Shown here piece by piece: positions 54,732 to 64,000 of a stretch of 64,000 bases of DNA. A program made the translations under genes and the position numbers. How positions within the stretch are numbered: the first letter of the stretch is position 1; each line of letters begins with the position of its first letter. Source of the DNA: Saccharolobus islandicus REY15A (GTDB taxonomy: Archaea > Thermoproteota > Thermoprotei_A > Sulfolobales > Sulfolobaceae); assembly GCF_000189555.1 (NCBI RefSeq), contig NC_017276.1; one strand, written 5' to 3'. The notes under the pieces were generated by a model that did not search any database, had not been told where the DNA came from, and worked only from the letters and a program-made list of their open reading frames with translations.

Positions 54732-55771
54732 TATGATTAATGGGCTTGAGATTCAGAACTTTAGAGGAATAAAGTATTGTAAACTTGAGGATCTCTCACA
54801 AGTTAACATACTCGTAGGGAGGAATAACTCGGGTAAATCGACAATCCTTGAGGCTATTTACTTTATTTCTTCTCTCGGCGAAAATTATGATGAGATTAGA
54901 AAAATACAGAAGATAGATTATTTAATACGTAGGCGGTTGGAGGAGAGAATTAAGGAAAAAATAGAGAAAAGTATTACAAGTATTACCAAGATGAATAATA
55001 ATATAGTTAATTTGACTTCACTAATACCAAATATTAGACATTGATGTTTTTTCTCAATTTTTTTATAATTTTGATAAAAATGAAAAAATAATTTTCAATA
55101 TAAATATTGATAATTTTACTTATTTTGTTGAGGTCACTCATAAGAACTATAATCAAATAGAGTTAAAAACTAACGTTAGCGACTCTATTTCAGAAATATT
55201 TAAAAACGTTGTTTTCATAGACCGCAATCTATCCTTATCCCAACTGTACGATATAATAGGAGATTTGAAAAGGGAGAAAAGAAAGGACAAGGAAATTGTC
55301 AAACTATTAAAAGAGGAGTTCGAAGTAGACGTTGAAGGGATAGAATTTTCGCGTTATTTAGGCGGTTTTGTACTATCATTAACCCTTAAGGACACTTCGA
55401 TCCCAATTGACCTTTTGGGTGATGGGGCTAAATTGGCAGTACTTATATCTTCAATACTATTATACTTAGAAGGGAAGGGGATCGCTTTAATAGAAGAGCC
55501 TGAGCTCCATGAACACCCTGGGGGCATATATACCCTTCTAAATTTCGCTTTTAAAATAGCTAAAGAGAAAGGTATCCAGTTATTTATAACTACACATAGC
55601 TCTGATGTAATAAAATACTCGTTTAAAATAGCTAAAGAGAAAGGTTTAAAGACTCAGCTAGTGTATTTGAGGAAAGTTAACGGAAGAGTTAACTCTGTTA
55701 ATTTAACAGAAAATAATATGAATCTTCTAGAGGAAATAGGAATGGACGTAAGAGTGCTGGATGTACTGTAG
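54732..55771 (+). pseudogene. AAA_21/ABC-type ATPase split by one frameshift near 55022-55044
   Basis: IQNFRGI and GRNNSGKS in frame 1; second frame open from ~55025 through LGDG, LIEEPE, TTHS. Confidence 0.75.
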
Positions 55772-56255
55772 GCGAATAGTTTTGGAGAAGTGCCTAATTT
55801 TTTACAGGATCAAGAACGTTAACCCGACGATAAAATCGAAGTTTGACGAAATAGTACTATGTGAAGGGAAAACTGAAGTGGAAGTAATAAAATCCTTATA
55901 CGATAGACTGGAAAAGTTTATTTGTGAACGTGCAGAGAAGCGTAAGAGAATCGGAGTAATTAATATGAAAGGTATCGGAAACTTAAACAAGTTTATTGGA
56001 TTCTTTACTAACCTATATGACCGCGGAATCGTTGAGAATAACACGTTGTACATTATAATGGACAAGGATTTATTTGACATGTTTAGTTTTAGAAGTCAGT
56101 GTAATGGTGAGGGAAAGCTGTTAGAGTGTCGTTCAGGACCTTTGCGATTAATTATTGCTCTAAATTATAACAAGATTGAAGACGAAATACAAGTCTTTAC
56201 TGATGATAGGATTACTCATGGAGATTTAACTCGATTAAAGTCTCAGACTATTTAG
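55761..56255 (+). CDS. TOPRIM-like (OLD/DUF4435/DUF3226-type) partner protein
   Basis: VLCEGKTE, KGIGN, IMDKD motifs; overlaps the ATPase stop. Confidence 0.65.
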   Translation: MYCRRIVLEKCLIFYRIKNVNPTIKSKFDEIVLCEGKTEVEVIKSLYDRLEKFICERAEKRKRIGVINMKGIGNLNKFIGFFTNLYDRGIVENNTLYIIMDKDLFDMFSFRSQCNGEGKLLECRSGPLRLIIALNYNKIEDEIQVFTDDRITHGDLTRLKSQTI

Positions 56256-56535
56256 GCAAAAATTACACTGTAGGAATAGGTTGAACAAATAATCTTAATC
56301 CTTTGTTAAGAAAAGGTTAGTATAATTTATTCATATACTTATTATAAACCTTTAAAAGCTCCACAAGTCCTTGATATAAATAATAGAATTTCAACTAATA
56401 GCTCTGTCTCCATTATAATGATATATTTGCATTTATAAAAAATATAGAGTTTTTGCTAGTTTTTCTCATTATTGTGATATAGACTCGAATATCTTGATTA
56501 ACTTACTGAATTTACCGAAATATAGCTTCTGATAT

Positions 56536-57324
56536 CTACAAAAGCTCTCCTAACAAGAAAGGAATCCCCCTCGCAAGATAAAGCATGTATAAGGCAACTC
56601 TATCGTAAATACCTCCCTTGCATATCTCCCTCCTTTTCCTACTTATAGATGTCATAAACGAGTAAGGAGTGTCCTTCAGCACTTTTAAACTCTTACCATA
56701 ACGATAATACTTTCTTATAATGTCTCTAAGACTAACGTCACCGTAATGATAAATCAACTCCTCCTTGAAGACGAAAATGTCGCTAGAAAGAAGGGAAGCC
56801 TCATAATAAATTAACTCGTGATCGGGAAAAATAACTTGAGTAAACTTCTCACCGAGTCCCTCTCTTAGCCTCTCTAATGCGGTAGTCAATAAATCTCTCT
56901 TAAACAGCCTAGGCAAAGCAAAACCCTTAATTGCTTCTGGCGAGTTACAGTACATTATATTATCCTTATCTAGTTGTGCAGCCTTAACCCAAAAAGAGTT
57001 CCCTAACTCTCTCTCACCAATTATAATCATATCGTGGAGATTCTTAGAAAGGACCTCAAGCGCATCCTTCCTCAAAGGCCTTGTCTCATCAAGCAAAAGA
57101 GCATAATCTCCCTTACTTTCCCTATTTGCTAAATAGCGAGCTTCCAAAAGTTTAACGTCTTTCCTAACCTCTTTAAAACCGTACTCACGAACAAGGTCAG
57201 TAATTAACCCGCCTCCAGAGTTAACTACAACTACTTCATAATCTTGAAAGGTTTGCCCTCTTATAGATTCAAAGATCTCCCTTAAGTACTTACCGTGAAG
57301 TGCGGGGATTTGAATTGAAAACAC
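56536..57324 (-). CDS. GT2 glycosyltransferase
   Basis: FSIQIPA, YEVVVVN, LEAR, LLDETR, DH motifs. Confidence 0.8.
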   Translation of the reverse strand: MFSIQIPALHGKYLREIFESIRGQTFQDYEVVVVNSGGGLITDLVREYGFKEVRKDVKLLEARYLANRESKGDYALLLDETRPLRKDALEVLSKNLHDMIIIGERELGNSFWVKAAQLDKDNIMYCNSPEAIKGFALPRLFKRDLLTTALERLREGLGEKFTQVIFPDHELIYYEASLLSSDIFVFKEELIYHYGDVSLRDIIRKYYRYGKSLKVLKDTPYSFMTSISRKRREICKGGIYDRVALYMLYLARGIPFLLGELL

Positions 57325-57442
57325 ATGAGAAAGTAAGTAACCTAAATAAAGAGTTTTTACTCGATTACCCTTGTTTAATACAACAGTCCTACTAGAGATT
57401 TCTAACGACTGTTTACGTGCACATTGCTTGTTCCTGACTTCA

Positions 57443-57600
57443 AGACTATAACTCTTCTACGTAACTACTAGATATTTTTAATTACTTCTAAATTTGTTTT
57501 GACAAGTTATGTTTATATAGGTGTTTCCCTCGAAGGGTGAGTGTGTATGATCCCTTAGCCAGTGGCGGAAGTAAGGAAAAGTTACGCCACGGGTAAACAC
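57443..57600 (+). mobile_element. Internally deleted copy of the 6894-7191 non-autonomous element
   Basis: Shares left block (gactataactcttctacgtaactac..agttatgtttatatag) and right block (..gttacgccacgggtaaacac). Confidence 0.65.
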
Positions 57601-57886
57601 TCTTTACTGAAGTCCCAAGTATAGCAACTGATATTAAAACTTGAGGTTTAAATCAGAATATTACGGAGATTGTAAATTAGAAGTATATTCCTAAGATTTT
57701 TGATAGGCTAGAGTATATTATCAACTTCACGAAATCCGTTTAAATTCTCTTATGCTAGCGCTATTAACATACAAATTTGGAAAAATTTGAGCGAAGTAAA
57801 ATTTGATTTATTTGTTTAAAACAATATTTAGTTATCAACACTTCATCTCTTAAAAGCTTTTTACACTGATCTCTGAGATTGTTATT

Positions 57887-59275
57887 ATGGAAATAGCAGT
57901 ATACTGTGGCAAAGTATATAGTTGGACGGACGAAATCTGTAAGTACAATTCGGGATATCCTATTCTTGATTATAACTCAGTAGTTGGGTGGGTTAGCTCT
58001 CGTGGGGAAGGATCTTTCCTTATTTTCGGTACTGATGTTATACCTTACACATTGTACGATTACCCGAACAAGCCGATAGACATGACGGAAATTTTCAAAT
58101 TTATGGAAAGAGGAGGTACGGTAATTTGGGTAGGAGACACTCCCTTCTATTACGTAGATAAAAACAACGGTGTAAAAAAGGCGATATTCAGCAAAGGAAA
58201 TCCTTTCCCCTTTTTGCCTATAAACCTTGGGCACAAGCCCGTGTCTGAGAATAGTGAAAACACTATAGTGGGAGAAATGCTAGAATACAACCCTAAGGAT
58301 TCTTGGAGACCGGTGGAAGCTAACCCGTCACTGATACCAATAAGTATAATAAAACAAGGTGGAGGAATACTTTACTCAACGTGGATTTATAAGTACGGAA
58401 AAGGTAGATTTGTAAGGGTTTACGATTCCCCTTACGTTAACGTTAACTACGTGTTATCATTACCGGAAAAACTTAGCAAGTTGGGAATCGGTATAAGGAT
58501 AAGGAATTATAGGAAGCTAAATGACTTTAAGATGATTTTACCTAGTTTTAAAATCGGCGTAATTTTGGGTAAGAATAACGTTGGTAAAACTAGTATATTG
58601 GAGGCAATAGCAATGCTAGATAAAAATAACGTAAGCAAAATAAGGGAATTCAGAGGTAGGATATCTAGTCAAGTTGCGGAAACTGAATTATTTTTAAATG
58701 AATATTATAGGGTTGAGTTTTCAGATAATACCTCATCACGAATTAAAGACGCTAAAGTACTTTTAATATATTCTCACAATGCCAACCCAACTACTACTTT
58801 TGACGTATCGATTTTACGTAAAGTTACTGATCTATTAAGCAAGTTTGACCCAAATATTTTCTACGTTTACCTATCTGCGGGTAATGAGGTTAGAGTATTA
58901 TTTAATGATAAGACTGACGTTTCAATTAATGAGTTAGGTTACGGATACAAGAGCTTACTAAATTTCATATTGTCTTATGCTGTTTATCAGCCTAAGATTA
59001 TTCTCATTGACGACTTAGAAGGATTTGCCCTACACCCGGAATTGCTTAAGCAGTTTTACGACTTTTTATTGAGACTAGATGTAGACTTAATATTAATTAC
59101 AACGCAGAGCAGTGACGTTTATGCGTACTTAGCTGAAAAGCGCTCTGATAACGTTAGGTTTATACTAATTAATGACGGTAATTACGAGGTTCTGTCTTCG
59201 GAAGAAGTTTTGAATAGGATGAATTATGAAGATTTAAGATATACTGCACTTAAATTATCTGGTGAAGTTCACTGA
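57887..59275 (+). CDS. Fusion: ~200-aa N-terminal domain (GATase1/ThuA-like fold, inferred) + AAA_21 ABC-type ATPase
   Basis: FMERGGTVIWVGD and YGKGRFV in the N-part; IRNYRKL, GKNNVGKT, LGYG, LIDDLE in the C-part (H-switch position reads TTQ). Confidence 0.75.
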   Translation: MEIAVYCGKVYSWTDEICKYNSGYPILDYNSVVGWVSSRGEGSFLIFGTDVIPYTLYDYPNKPIDMTEIFKFMERGGTVIWVGDTPFYYVDKNNGVKKAIFSKGNPFPFLPINLGHKPVSENSENTIVGEMLEYNPKDSWRPVEANPSLIPISIIKQGGGILYSTWIYKYGKGRFVRVYDSPYVNVNYVLSLPEKLSKLGIGIRIRNYRKLNDFKMILPSFKIGVILGKNNVGKTSILEAIAMLDKNNVSKIREFRGRISSQVAETELFLNEYYRVEFSDNTSSRIKDAKVLLIYSHNANPTTTFDVSILRKVTDLLSKFDPNIFYVYLSAGNEVRVLFNDKTDVSINELGYGYKSLLNFILSYAVYQPKIILIDDLEGFALHPELLKQFYDFLLRLDVDLILITTQSSDVYAYLAEKRSDNVRFILINDGNYEVLSSEEVLNRMNYEDLRYTALKLSGEVH

Positions 59276-59879
59276 AAAAGCTAAAATTGAAATAATTTTT
59301 GGAGACGGTCAGTTTGATAGGCAAGTAATTAAAGAGGCTCTTGAAAAAAACAAAGATAAGTATTGTCAAATCTCATTGTTCATTCCGGAAAGCGGTGGAA
59401 AAGGTAAGGGAAGGATTATCAACACGGGAATTGATGGGGTATTAAAATTCGTTAAAGATGACGTTACAAGATTTTCCTTAAGCTATATAGTATTTATTGA
59501 TAAGGAGCATTGCTACTTTGACTACGAGAATTGTATTAGGACAGTGGCAAATAAATATGGTATTTCAATCTCTGCCCTACAAAAGATTGCTGAAAATTTC
59601 GACGCATATAAGGTAACGTGCAAAGTAGGGGATAAGAAATTTTTTATATATTTTATCTTTCTGGGCTTTTACTGTTGTCTCGAAGATTTTATTTTAATAA
59701 AAATCTGCAATAGTAATGTGAATAAGTTCACAGGGGAAGGATGTTGTAAAAAATATAAGGAAATATTTAAGCGCGTACAAAAAGAAGTAAAAGAGTCGTG
59801 CATTGAAAAGACGTATGATGAGTTATTCAAAGTAATTGCTTGTGTCTTAGAAGAGCTTACCACTCTTGAAACGTTTTGA
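59262..59879 (+). CDS. TOPRIM-like (DUF3226/DUF4276-type) partner, Cys-rich
   Basis: IFGDGQFD, VFIDKE, CLED; overlaps the ATPase stop. Confidence 0.55.
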   Translation: MKFTEKAKIEIIFGDGQFDRQVIKEALEKNKDKYCQISLFIPESGGKGKGRIINTGIDGVLKFVKDDVTRFSLSYIVFIDKEHCYFDYENCIRTVANKYGISISALQKIAENFDAYKVTCKVGDKKFFIYFIFLGFYCCLEDFILIKICNSNVNKFTGEGCCKKYKEIFKRVQKEVKESCIEKTYDELFKVIACVLEELTTLETF

Positions 59880-60206
59880 CGGGGAATAGAGATACTTCGC
59901 TTACTACTATTTTATGATTAGAACTAACATTTATTAAATGATAGTGAAATATCCTGAGCATTTAACTCAAGAGCCACGATGGATAATAATAGTGAAGCAA
60001 GCCTAGCCTTTATAAGATCACTTTTAGCTTCGTTAGAACTCCTTGCTACTTGTACTATTAAAGGATCTTTATTAGGAATTTTAAGAATGCAGTCAATCTC
60101 CAACCTCGTTAAGTCTGGCCCCTTAATTTTGTTCCGATTAATAATATTATCTTCGTTTATTATGTCGTCTAGTTTTAACGACCTAGTGTCATTTACTAAA
60201 AAGAAA

Positions 60207-60374
60207 TTAAGCCAGCAGATTTCCTACCATAGCTGCTATTGACATTATCGTTCCAAGCTCCTGTAAAAGTGTTATATACTGTTTTAGGTTTTCCGGTCCA
60301 CCAAATATGTATATAAGTACGCCTATGATTATGATTATTATTAATCCTCCCACTATCGCTTCTAGCAGACTCAT
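60207..60374 (-). CDS. Small membrane protein (55 aa), not in the ORF track
   Basis: Hand-translated MSLLEAIVGGLIIIIIIGVLIYIFGGPENLKQYITLLQELGTIMSIAAMVGNLLA. Confidence 0.5.
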   Translation of the reverse strand: MSLLEAIVGGLIIIIIIGVLIYIFGGPENLKQYITLLQELGTIMSIAAMVGNLLA

Positions 60375-60546
60375 AATAACAAATACTTTACATTATAGTT
60401 AAAAAGTTTTCTTAAATAAATAATAGTATTTTCAACGTAATATTGTTGTTCTGTATTATTTACATTTGGTACTAGCTAATTTTTTCTCAATATTAACCTT
60501 GCAATTTCTACACTTATGGGAAGAAATCTGTCTATCAAATACCTTT

Positions 60547-61488
60547 TTACTTCCACGGCTCATCTTCCTTAAAGAACTTATCGTCAATTAATGGCCTCCA
60601 CCACCACTCATTACTAACATACCACTCATAAGTCCTCCTCAAACCCTCCTTAAGAGGAGTCGTTTCGTAAGAAAGTGAAGTATTCATACAATACCTCCTA
60701 TCGTGACCTGGCCTATCGGAAACAAACTTTATTTTAATCTCCTTACCCATGACTTCTCCTAACAGTTTTAGTAAATCAAGATTAGTCACTCTCTGCTTAC
60801 CGGGAATATTATAAACTTCACCCTTCCACTCAGCCCTCTCTAGTAAGTCAGCTATTATCCTCGCAGTATCTTCCACAAATATCCAATCCCTCTCTTGTTT
60901 ACCATCACCGTAAACTGGAACGTGCAAACCGAGCAAAGTCCTAATAATCGCCTTTGGAATGAACTTCTCTGGGAATTGCCTAGGCCCGTAATTATTAGAA
61001 GGCCTCACAATTATAGCCTTAACGTTATAAGTCCTAACATAAGCCTTAACGAAAAGATCTGCAGAAGCCTTAGCTGCACTGTAAGGAGAAGAAGGGTTAA
61101 GAGGAGAGTTCTCATCAGCGCATTCTTCACCGTAAACCTCATCAGTCGAAATGTGAACGTATTTAAAGCCGAAAAGTCTTGACGCCTCTAAAACGTTTAT
61201 TACGCCTAAGACGTTGGTAGTAACGAAGTCTTGAGGTTTATAAATCGAGCGGTCTACGTGAGTCTCTGCAGCGAAGTTAACCACTACGTCAACTTCCTTT
61301 AGCACCTCGTAAATAGATTGATCCCTAACGTCGGCTTTTATAAACTCGTGGTCTGTTCCCTTTAAGTTCTCAACTCTGCCGGCGTAAGTTAAAAGGTCTA
61401 CGACTACTGGTTTTATTCCTCTCTTATTTAATTCCCTTACAAAGGCAGAACCTATAAATCCGGCTCCTCCTAATACCGCAATCTTCAT
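60547..61488 (-). CDS. rmlB: dTDP-glucose 4,6-dehydratase
   Basis: GGAGFIG, DLLTYAG, FAAETHVDRS, STDEVYG, YSAAK, NNYGPRQFPEK. Confidence 0.95.
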   Translation of the reverse strand: MKIAVLGGAGFIGSAFVRELNKRGIKPVVVDLLTYAGRVENLKGTDHEFIKADVRDQSIYEVLKEVDVVVNFAAETHVDRSIYKPQDFVTTNVLGVINVLEASRLFGFKYVHISTDEVYGEECADENSPLNPSSPYSAAKASADLFVKAYVRTYNVKAIIVRPSNNYGPRQFPEKFIPKAIIRTLLGLHVPVYGDGKQERDWIFVEDTARIIADLLERAEWKGEVYNIPGKQRVTNLDLLKLLGEVMGKEIKIKFVSDRPGHDRRYCMNTSLSYETTPLKEGLRRTYEWYVSNEWWWRPLIDDKFFKEDEPWK

Positions 61489-62525
61489 ATTTCAACCCTC
61501 GAGTTCTCTCCTATTATTAACTTAACCCATCTCTTTCCCTTTACTACGTTTGAATTATTACCTATTAAGGAATCCATCATAGACACACCGTCAACCTTTA
61601 CGTTATCTAAAATTACGCTGTATTCTATTTCACTATTCTTTACCTCACAGTTGTCTCCTATAGACGTAAAAGGACCTATGTAAGAATTAACTATCTTACT
61701 CCCCTTTCCTATAAAGGCAGGTCCTCTAATAGTAGAGTTCTCAACTAATGCTCCTTCTTCTATTACTACTCTACCGTCAATTGATGATTCCCTAACCTCT
61801 CCTTCAATTTTTCTTTCCGCATACCTATCTAAAAGGAAAGAGTTAGCCTCGAGTATATCCTTAGGAGTTCCAGTATCCTTCCACCAGCCGTCTATTATTC
61901 TGTAGTCAACTTCTCTACCTCTGTCGATCAACCCTTGTATTGCGTCAGTTATCTCCAATTCACCCCTCCATGAGGGCTTAAGGTTTTCAATAACATCAAA
62001 TATCTCCTTCGTAAAAGCGTAAACTCCAACTAAAGCTAAATCGGAAATTTTCTCCTTAGGCTTTTCAACTAGCTTAACCACTTTACCGTCTTTTATTACA
62101 GCTACGCCGAAGCGGTTAGGGTTATCTACTTTGGCTAAAAGTATAGATGCCGAGCCTTTGAAGGAAAGGAAGGACGGAAAACGATCGTAAGGAACTATAT
62201 TATCTCCTAAATATACCAAAAATTTATCGTCAGTTATTAGATCTTTCACTTTATATACTGCATCAGCCAATCCCCTAGCCTTACCTTGATAAACGTATGT
62301 TATGTTAACTCCGAAACTCGAGCCGTCACCGTAATACTCTACCACCTTATTCGGATTATTATCACCAAGAATTATTATAATATCGTGAATACCGGAATCC
62401 CTTAACTGCTCTAAAACCCACTGGGACACAGGCTTTCCTGCAATTTTTATCAACTGCTTAGGCCCGGTATGAGTTAAAGGCCTTAACCTAGTACCCTGAC
62501 CACCGTGTAAGATTACTCCCTGCAA
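61485..62525 (-). CDS. rmlA: Glucose-1-phosphate thymidylyltransferase (long form)
   Basis: GGQGTRLRPLT..PKQL, EKP, RGELEITD, WKDTG; C-terminal left-handed beta helix. Confidence 0.95.
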   Translation of the reverse strand: MQGVILHGGQGTRLRPLTHTGPKQLIKIAGKPVSQWVLEQLRDSGIHDIIIILGDNNPNKVVEYYGDGSSFGVNITYVYQGKARGLADAVYKVKDLITDDKFLVYLGDNIVPYDRFPSFLSFKGSASILLAKVDNPNRFGVAVIKDGKVVKLVEKPKEKISDLALVGVYAFTKEIFDVIENLKPSWRGELEITDAIQGLIDRGREVDYRIIDGWWKDTGTPKDILEANSFLLDRYAERKIEGEVRESSIDGRVVIEEGALVENSTIRGPAFIGKGSKIVNSYIGPFTSIGDNCEVKNSEIEYSVILDNVKVDGVSMMDSLIGNNSNVVKGKRWVKLIIGENSRVEI

Positions 62526-63350
62526 TTAAACCACCATATAACGCAAATTCTCATCTAAAGAATAAAAGTCAACTGAAAGGATTTTCTTAGCTTTAGAAAT
62601 GTCCAAAGAGGAGTCAAAGGGCCTCTTAGCTACCCAGCCTTTAACGTCATCGACTTCCTTTACGCTACCGCCTAGATTGAACTTCTCCTTAATCTTCATT
62701 GCCAAATCCACTCTTGAAATCCTCTCGCCCGCAACGTTCAATATCCCCGTTTTCCTATAATCGATTAATTCAGAAATTGCCTCAGCTAGTTTTCTGGCAG
62801 AAATTGGTGAATAGTAACCCTTAAATGCGGAAACCTCCTTGCCTTCTTTCAAAGTCTTATAAACGTAAATGGGAAAACCTTTATGTCTAAATACTCCGGA
62901 AGTCCTTAATACGAGGGTATCATCGTAAGATAATGCGTAGGTTTCGCCAAGAAGCTTACTTAGGCCGTAATAATTAATAGGATTAGGCAAGTCATCTTCC
63001 TTGTAAAGCCCCTTTTCGCCGTCAAATACGTAATCAGTACTTATGTGAATGAGGTAAGCCTCAACAACGCGGGAAGCTCTAACAATGTGCTTTACTGCCT
63101 CAGCGTTTACCTTAAAGGCTAAACCCCTCTCTATCCCACACTTATCTACGTCAGTTAGTGAGGCTGTGTTTATTATAACGTCCGGCTTCTTTTTAATAAT
63201 GAAATCCTCGACGGCCGAATAATTGGTTAAATCTAGCTTATAACCGCCCTGCACTTCCTTCGTGTTGTACACCTTGATGAGATCACCTTTTAAGACTTCA
63301 GAAAGCTCAATGCCCAACTGCCCAGACGCACCAGTTATTAATATTCGCAT
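62526..63350 (-). CDS. rmlD: dTDP-4-dehydrorhamnose reductase
   Basis: GASGQLG, ISTDYVFDG, YGLSKLLGE. Confidence 0.93.
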   Translation of the reverse strand: MRILITGASGQLGIELSEVLKGDLIKVYNTKEVQGGYKLDLTNYSAVEDFIIKKKPDVIINTASLTDVDKCGIERGLAFKVNAEAVKHIVRASRVVEAYLIHISTDYVFDGEKGLYKEDDLPNPINYYGLSKLLGETYALSYDDTLVLRTSGVFRHKGFPIYVYKTLKEGKEVSAFKGYYSPISARKLAEAISELIDYRKTGILNVAGERISRVDLAMKIKEKFNLGGSVKEVDDVKGWVAKRPFDSSLDISKAKKILSVDFYSLDENLRYMVV

Positions 63351-63389
63351 GATATAAAATGATACAAAATTAATATAATTAAGGTTTTG

Positions 63390-63500
63390 GTATCCAATAT
63401 CTCGTTATAACGTTCTCGTAGTACCTGCTTCCATCCCTAGTGAACTTCCTATATGTAATACTTAACTGTCTCTAAACTTTTTGTAAAATTCTGAAAAATT
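63390..63500 (-). mobile_element. Short remnant of the ISC1058-like element 5' region
   Basis: atatctcgttat.acgttctcgt..gtaatacttaac..taaactttttgta.aattctgaa matches ~26778-26890. Confidence 0.6.
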
Positions 63501-63703
63501 CATAGAGCAGATATCCAATGCTTTGCGGAATTCCTCAGCTTTTCTCATGGAAAGTACAACTATCTTTTACTCGAGGTTTATTTTTCCTCCTTCCATTCCG
63601 CACTAATTGCTCTACTCCGTTTTACTACTATTAATGTAAAGCACATATCCCTAACATGACCTAACTGAATCAATTGAGGAAAGTGTCAAAGCTTTATGTT
63701 TTA

Positions 63704-64000
63704 TTACCAATCCTCAAATACTTCTGCTTTTTCTAATGGTGGGCATTTTGCATCTTTTTCGCTGATTATTACGCTTTTTATAGGCCAGTCGATCATTGTG
63801 TAATTTATGCACCTCTCGTGAGGTGGTGAATACTCGTTATGCGTTACGAAATATAACACAGTAGACTCTTCTAGTGCTTGGAAGCCGTGTGCAAATCCTG
63901 GTGGTATCCATAACATGTAATGGTTATCCTCACTTAGTTCGGCATAAACGTACTTACCGAAGCTTTTAGATTTCTTCCTTATGTCTACTGCTACGTCTAT
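63704..64000 (-). CDS. rmlC: dTDP-4-dehydrorhamnose 3,5-epimerase, 5'-truncated by window edge
   Basis: Frame open from 64000 (IDVAVDIRKKSKSFGKYV..LWIPPGFAHGFQAL). Confidence 0.93.
   Translation of the reverse strand: MDVAVDIRKKSKSFGKYVYAELSEDNHYMLWIPPGFAHGFQALEESTVLYFVTHNEYSPPHERCINYTMIDWPIKSVIISEKDAKCPPLEKAEVFEDW

Noticed and set aside
59930-60200. Minus-strand open stretch with EIDCIL..IVQV resembling a DUF4143-like nuclease tail
   Set aside because: No start codon or upstream ATPase part; an uninformative fragment.

Overview
AT-rich Sulfolobales chromosome segment. The proteins closely resemble Saccharolobus solfataricus / 'S. islandicus' proteins as I recall them; no database search was run. 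Layout: (1) 1-5.7 kb, 3' part of a type I-A Cascade operon (cas7, cas5, cas3', cas3'', cas8a2, cas6). There is no CRISPR array, but a solitary 22/24 repeat copy lies downstream, fused to the stop codon of a small membrane-protein gene. (2) 7-44 kb, a variable region with housekeeping-type genes (cpsA carboxypeptidase, GH12 endoglucanase, GH116 glucosidase, MFS, ABC, GT2), several TA modules, two CARF genes (CARF-PIN, and a Crn1/Sso1393-type ring nuclease coupled to a retropepsin-like protease), and many IS elements and MITEs (IS200/IS605 with TnpB, ISH3, IS5-like, IS630, IS607-like remnants). (3) 45-53 kb, between two near-identical direct IS copies, an archaeal azole-RiPP (TOMM/LAP) cluster: SagB-like dehydrogenase, YcaO, E1-like partner, ABC exporter and regulator. 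I found three short Cys-Trp-repeat precursor-like ORFs absent from the ORF track, and a homopolymer frameshift hiding the probable leader-binding N-terminus of the E1-like protein. (4) 54.7-60 kb, ABC-ATPase + TOPRIM-like pairs and a GT2. (5) 60.5-64 kb, rmlBAD and a partial rmlC. The best candidates for undescribed biology are the RiPP system, the solitary CRISPR repeat, and the CARF satellite island.
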